In this document: positions 61,201 through 64,000 of the stretch, one piece after another
Position numbering within the stretch: the stretch's first letter is position 1
Layout of the letters: every line of letters begins with the position of its first letter
Notes under the pieces: model-generated
Databases searched by the model: none
What the model saw: only the letters and a program-made list of their open reading frames with translations
What the model was told of the DNA's origin: nothing
Assembly (NCBI GenBank): GCA_001643675.2
Contig: LSRY02000025.1
Coordinates: forward strand, 434,001-498,000
DNA length: 64,000 bases
Reading direction: 5' to 3'
Origin: Monocercomonoides exilis PA203
Taxonomy: Eukaryota > Protista > Preaxostyla
Program-made: the position numbers and the translations under genes

Positions 61201-63150
61201 CGCATGGACGATGCAAAGTTTGTGGGCAACAGCCCCTCTGCCCGCAGCAGCCCTTCGGCCAGCAGCTATCCGTCTGCCCGCCGGAACATCGCCTGCTCCG
61301 ATGGGGCGTCGCTGACGCTGGCGAGCTTGAAAGGGGGAGACGGCGCAAAAGACAACACCTCTCTGTGGATACTGGACAGCGGATGCACGCTTGCCGGCAT
61401 CCCCCGCCACAGGCTGTCTCCCTTCTTCATCCCAACGCTCCATTCTGCCCACGAGGTGGGAAACGAAGCAGATGAACGGAGCGAGATCACAATCAGATTC
61501 CAGGGAGAGCTCCTCTTGCCGTGCAATCTGTCGTTCCTGCTGGCAACAACCATCGGAACAGAGGAATTGCTGCATCGGTACGAGTTCGATGCAAAAGGGC
61601 TTGTCTCAGAAAAGGAGGCCTTTGGGGAAATACAAGGGAGCATCCTTCGAGAGGCGCCAGCAGAGGCAGAGGTGTCTGTGTGCATTCTGTTTGGGAAGGT
61701 CGAATCTCCTTCTTCCACTGAGCCTTTCATCCTGAAGAACAAGAGCGATGGAAAAATAAATGAAGAAGGAAAACTTGTTGAAGGAGGAAAAGAAGGGAAA
61801 TCTTATTGGTTGTTGGTTGTGATTGTGCTTGTCGTGATGTTCTTGATTGTTCTGATTATTTCAGTTGTTGTGACAATTCGATGGAGAAAGCAAAAGAGAA
61901 GAACAGAAGAACTGGAAGTTATTGTGAATGATTCCGTAAAGAAAGATCCGAAACTGATTGAGATGGTTACGATGGAGATATCACCAGAAGAGCAATGGAG
62001 GCGAGCAGAGAGAGAGGCAGAGAAGAAAAATGAAGAGAGATTCAAGAAAAGAGAATATGATACGAATATGCAGCATTCAGAATCATCAGAGCATCTTCTA
62101 TCTGAGAGTGGCTCAACAGAATATATTCTGGGAAGAGACTCAGACAAGATTCCTGATTGGGCATTGGAGAAGGATGAAGAAGAAGAGATAAGGAAGCGAA
62201 CTCCATCACCTTCCATTTCATCGACTTCAACCACAGACACATCAGACACAGAATCCACATTTGTTCGAGGGGAAGATTTGTGCCCAACAACCTCGTCAAT
62301 GTCGAATCTGGTGGATGCAATGGCTTGTTCATCGCCTCATGAAAAGCTGATTGTGGATTTGAGAGATTCATTGTTCATGTTGCTTCATGGAAGAAATGAG
62401 AAGAAAGAGATGGAAATCGGGAGCCTTCAACAAAGAGAGCAAACAGCTGCCCAGATCCTGTTTTGGGTGGCGAATGGGGCTCTCCATTCATTTGAAGAAA
62501 TGGAAAATCTGCTTCAATCTCTTTCCAATCTGAGTCCTCACATTGTGCTGTTCTCCGAACACATGGTGATCTGCATCGTGATGCATTCAGACTTATTGTC
62601 TGATGATTCAGACTCATCATCCACATCATCAACTGTTGTCACTTCTGCCAGTGATGAAAGCTACTCTCTTCCTTCATCTGCGTTTGAGGATGAGGATAGT
62701 TTCAAAAAAGAATGTCTGAGATGGAAGGCACCTGAGCTGCTGATGAACAAGAACATGGGAGCAACAAAGGAGTCAGTCTCGTTCTCGATTGGGATGATAC
62801 TGTGGGAGTGCCTGACTCTGCAGATACCGTTTGGGGAGTATGAGGCAGAGGTGGCGGGGCAGAAGATTGCGAACGGAGAGCGGCCAGCACTTGAGGCAGT
62901 GCAGTGCTCTTCCTTCTTTGTTCTTGTGAAGAGCTGTGTGTCCCAGTCGCCTGGTGCACGCCCCTCCCTTGTCCAGCTCAAAAGAGAGTTCATTGGGCGC
63001 TTCCCGCCTGGCGCAGCTGTCCTCACCCTCACAGACGCAGTCGACCTCGAAGATTCGACTGGCAGGCGCAGGCAAGGCACAACATCTTTTGCCTTCTCAG
63101 CCAGCAGCACTGCCAGCGAAGCTCAGCCAATGGTCATCACCAAAAACTGA
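55255..63150 (+). CDS. Giant single-pass receptor-like pseudokinase 2 (2631 aa)
   Basis: Uninterrupted ORF; signal peptide MWVHLSFLACLFLVDILDAWG; GGAL/GGGI/GGAI repeats; four CG..PC modules; TM and pseudokinase tail identical to receptor 1. Confidence 0.9.
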   Translation: MWVHLSFLACLFLVDILDAWGTTHIPSLKNPVASTDLHFDNFPVYSNQDGPKDVNFLTMNTYVNAIELNVSPALKGLQNGASTTINSFIVFCNSTIGLKSVTLEHSSSPFTIIKEKSCIMLDSCTTHQKSDSPFHLQSGSICLTNMTLIPQKIFNPSSLIFSSDYSNTAILRDSILSDLAVSSSNYFLLSGKGKSEQINNCAFRNMSVKSDKSSDYQMEHSCLLSSMENSFIYSCVNVFEGGISSGSHSSQEFVCRNTTISNGKREMNALEKKGQMNLTNSQSFSLCEWEDCSAPQGGALYAHDNKNAILSVENCSFTNCNASSTNGGGICALNIAECSVKYSKFINCFCKGTNNFGGGGIMIRKVLIQPLIDDCSFQNCSSEDEGGAIDFRPTKTEKQKPCVINSVFINCTAFGDSGGAIEHWDCTDRVVISNCFFCHCSSRTGGAVCQLINTYNYGTLFYYCFFHNNTCVSYGHDIALNNSVENSIDPSCYSTRQTDNRVSTKFNSVEDRSEWLRNDFGRMRFVSSVLAKPNAKDTYSCGLDESHPCNTISHCLTQLIPEFVTDIEILTGTITETKSVDCGANSFTIYGQSGLSATVQTELEAAGLSLLVVSTGTLTVSDFVLLHCSAHPNNRGSRLFEISGTGEMYVSRLNISTGSGQSTETAFTTELLNVQNGVLQMDNVNWAKTISTTSLFSLSSTNEISLTLSECAFDGIERTNSGAAVISFSNDKINIKLSSCSFIGCGSRTSENGGSIMACVGNENEVKMNGGSFDGCFCSASNGLGGGILLRLSTGSPNILISSSFGTNTAKWGRDIFVLSPNLEMTAKSKKISCVTASLDSFDKVRGFDNGNTSVAITLCIYLLHTPEEIYVSNTEASDHSHCGIVQFPCLTVKHSLTRQTGPKKVIVNGMILMSDELAFTDQKHEIRGNDDQSGWTVSDSSATSNSAMITASFETVLSKLIYSLPPSLSSHSTFISSSSQLTMSHCYLSLQDPLSEFAFLFLCVESGILAIDSFSASSITLNGNPLISLCKRSSKAESMSTKWLNMTKNNFTEIERRTGCGGCVSIDNSNDENEKSNAEINIEECDFDGCSVLADESRGGAMFSQLKGNIKLNVISCTFIGCTAPTGEEKFGFGGGMALKLIDDDSSFVISSPIFDTEKPNVARYGNDLFVESSNLTKSITNESLPFVTEHLTDISLNSLKGFDGSDTTNIIPLVYFWRTSGSELFIGGDGCDVCVCGLSDYPCLSIDYSLSRFPGGNERNITIIGKGILQKCVDVSGISVKSNESSMSLLECLSSVEGAEEAAMKTQGITNLELIRFVIPSSFTSGVNVLIHVGSSKGLLTLKDCSFSKNEESREEIISFGLIKADGSTVQLEFVSMQSLSFSKDVISVLSTTILRIKNITMKNVELEGASGLSMSKSSRRVKNEEEQDVVIEWSVFEEVTQNTTADIPVIRNDDDVEPLKMVIRNTTMKKCGGTRCGKGGAIFALLNEGGKFDCLFCTISECFCSTTGRGGWLFLECTSTAEQPLKFVLSNITFKDNIALRGRDVYVRCHSIETQIADEQFLLDFRAPFVKDLAMWGCTTDSFVGEEDLLLRVVKYQSETIFVSSAADNHEDSKQCGEFGKPCESLNEGVQHIVQSQYSQLLVSLQTAICAPCSAASMSIRSLESPSSALVHLDTPIQHCPAILATSANVRIECLDFLFSQSFSHTGSAVVCHTDGHLSLSFVQFASSATSSATSPTTSPAAHPVLLNTSLLAIEGGHLTVDNCSVLHLAFALPPFLLSAADHVALANINLQHLQLSASAFEFRQCQSTSAHSMAAEHLVFSQGSTLCLPATATGDIAFSGSSFRNCTNTDSSTSTSTGTSFGSSVLSVSSPSAHISLSNFTCSQCGPSSDNDANEPAQQGSVVSVSNATDLSLAMCVFEGAPSETTASANGNRNGNSADSICSWNASLVHLRNTTAAISDLTVADASDGALSVSGGTVRMDDAKFVGNSPSARSSPSASSYPSARRNIACSDGASLTLASLKGGDGAKDNTSLWILDSGCTLAGIPRHRLSPFFIPTLHSAHEVGNEADERSEITIRFQGELLLPCNLSFLLATTIGTEELLHRYEFDAKGLVSEKEAFGEIQGSILREAPAEAEVSVCILFGKVESPSSTEPFILKNKSDGKINEEGKLVEGGKEGKSYWLLVVIVLVVMFLIVLIISVVVTIRWRKQKRRTEELEVIVNDSVKKDPKLIEMVTMEISPEEQWRRAEREAEKKNEERFKKREYDTNMQHSESSEHLLSESGSTEYILGRDSDKIPDWALEKDEEEEIRKRTPSPSISSTSTTDTSDTESTFVRGEDLCPTTSSMSNLVDAMACSSPHEKLIVDLRDSLFMLLHGRNEKKEMEIGSLQQREQTAAQILFWVANGALHSFEEMENLLQSLSNLSPHIVLFSEHMVICIVMHSDLLSDDSDSSSTSSTVVTSASDESYSLPSSAFEDEDSFKKECLRWKAPELLMNKNMGATKESVSFSIGMILWECLTLQIPFGEYEAEVAGQKIANGERPALEAVQCSSFFVLVKSCVSQSPGARPSLVQLKREFIGRFPPGAAVLTLTDAVDLEDSTGRRRQGTTSFAFSASSTASEAQPMVITKN

Positions 63151-63886
63151 GAATGAAAAAGAAATGAAAAAAATATGAATTTGAAAGAAGAGAATTACTA
63201 TTGCACTTGCGATGATCGCCAGTGACATTTGTTTTGTTTTTGTTTTGTATTTTGTATTTGTATTTTTGTTAAGTTTGTTTGTTTGAGCAAAGCACATATT
63301 TTGCTCCTCTTGGACTCATTTTCGCAGAACAGGCGATTCTCAACGACAGAGTCGCACTGCCATGTGCTTCTGCATCCTTGCTCAGACTTGTGACAACCAA
63401 GGGCTTTCCTCAAAGCCCTCCGGAAAACAATAGTCGATTGTCTGAGCCAGGCCTTGCCAATTCGCATAACATCACCCTCGGCCTTCTTGGACAAAGAATG
63501 GCACAAAAGTCAAACACGAAAGGATATTCCATGTGCACAAAATTGGGAATATCAAAAATAATTCTTATTTTTCGTTATCATAATTTTATTTTTTATTTTG
63601 TTTTTAAAAAGTCATATTTCGTTTTGTTTCTTATTTATTATTTCTTATTTCTTATTTCTTATTTCTTATTTTTTAACAAATTTCGTTTCATCTCAATTTT
63701 TTGTTTTGCTCAGTTTCTGCTTATTTTGCTCTTCATTATTTATCTGAGCTTATTCAGCTTCTCTTCTTCGTTTTTGGATGGAGCAAAGTTTTTTTCAAAT
63801 TTCAGAACATTCATACGCACATTCTGTGAATTTGATCTTCATTTTGATAATTGAAATATGTATTTCCACTTTATCCTTTTATTGTT
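61758..63886 (+). repeat. 2,129-bp direct repeat, copy 2
   Basis: Matches 32373-34501 at offset 29,385. Confidence 0.93.
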
Positions 63887-64000
63887 ATAATTACTGTTGC
63901 TGTTATTGCTTTCGTTTTCCTAATTCAACTAACATTGCGTTATTATCACAACACAAATTGTTTCAATGATTTCATTCACTTTGTATTTATATTCTCATTT

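Noticed and set aside
1-64000. CRISPR arrays, rRNA or tRNA genes
   Set aside because: No regularly spaced repeat-spacer array or recognisable RNA-gene sequence; the 22.6-kb multibranch fold lacks tRNA D and T loop motifs.

Overview
AT-rich eukaryotic DNA with short GT-AG introns and the standard genetic code; gene and TE content resembles an oxymonad such as Monocercomonoides (inference). Two intact, apparently intronless ~8 kb genes (25618-33765, 55255-63150) encode giant single-pass surface receptors: signal peptide, Cys-rich GGA(I/L)-repeat beta-helix-like modular ectodomain, TM helix and pseudokinase tail. Their ectodomains are highly divergent and compositionally mosaic, but they share an apparently identical 2,129-bp cassette covering TM, tail and 3' flank. 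Two decayed ectodomain fragments lie nearby. One sits inside a 7.16-kb TIR-bounded element with an AAT TSD, whose empty site is preserved downstream of the second receptor gene. The window also holds two decayed DIRS-type tyrosine-recombinase retrotransposons with resolvable ITR/ICR termini (one splits a host gene, and removing it restores the frame), a third DIRS fragment, a dead pogo-like DDE transposon, two long-arm foldback elements (one in a 5' splice site), two MITEs, several pseudogenes and simple repeats. No rRNA, tRNA or CRISPR seen.
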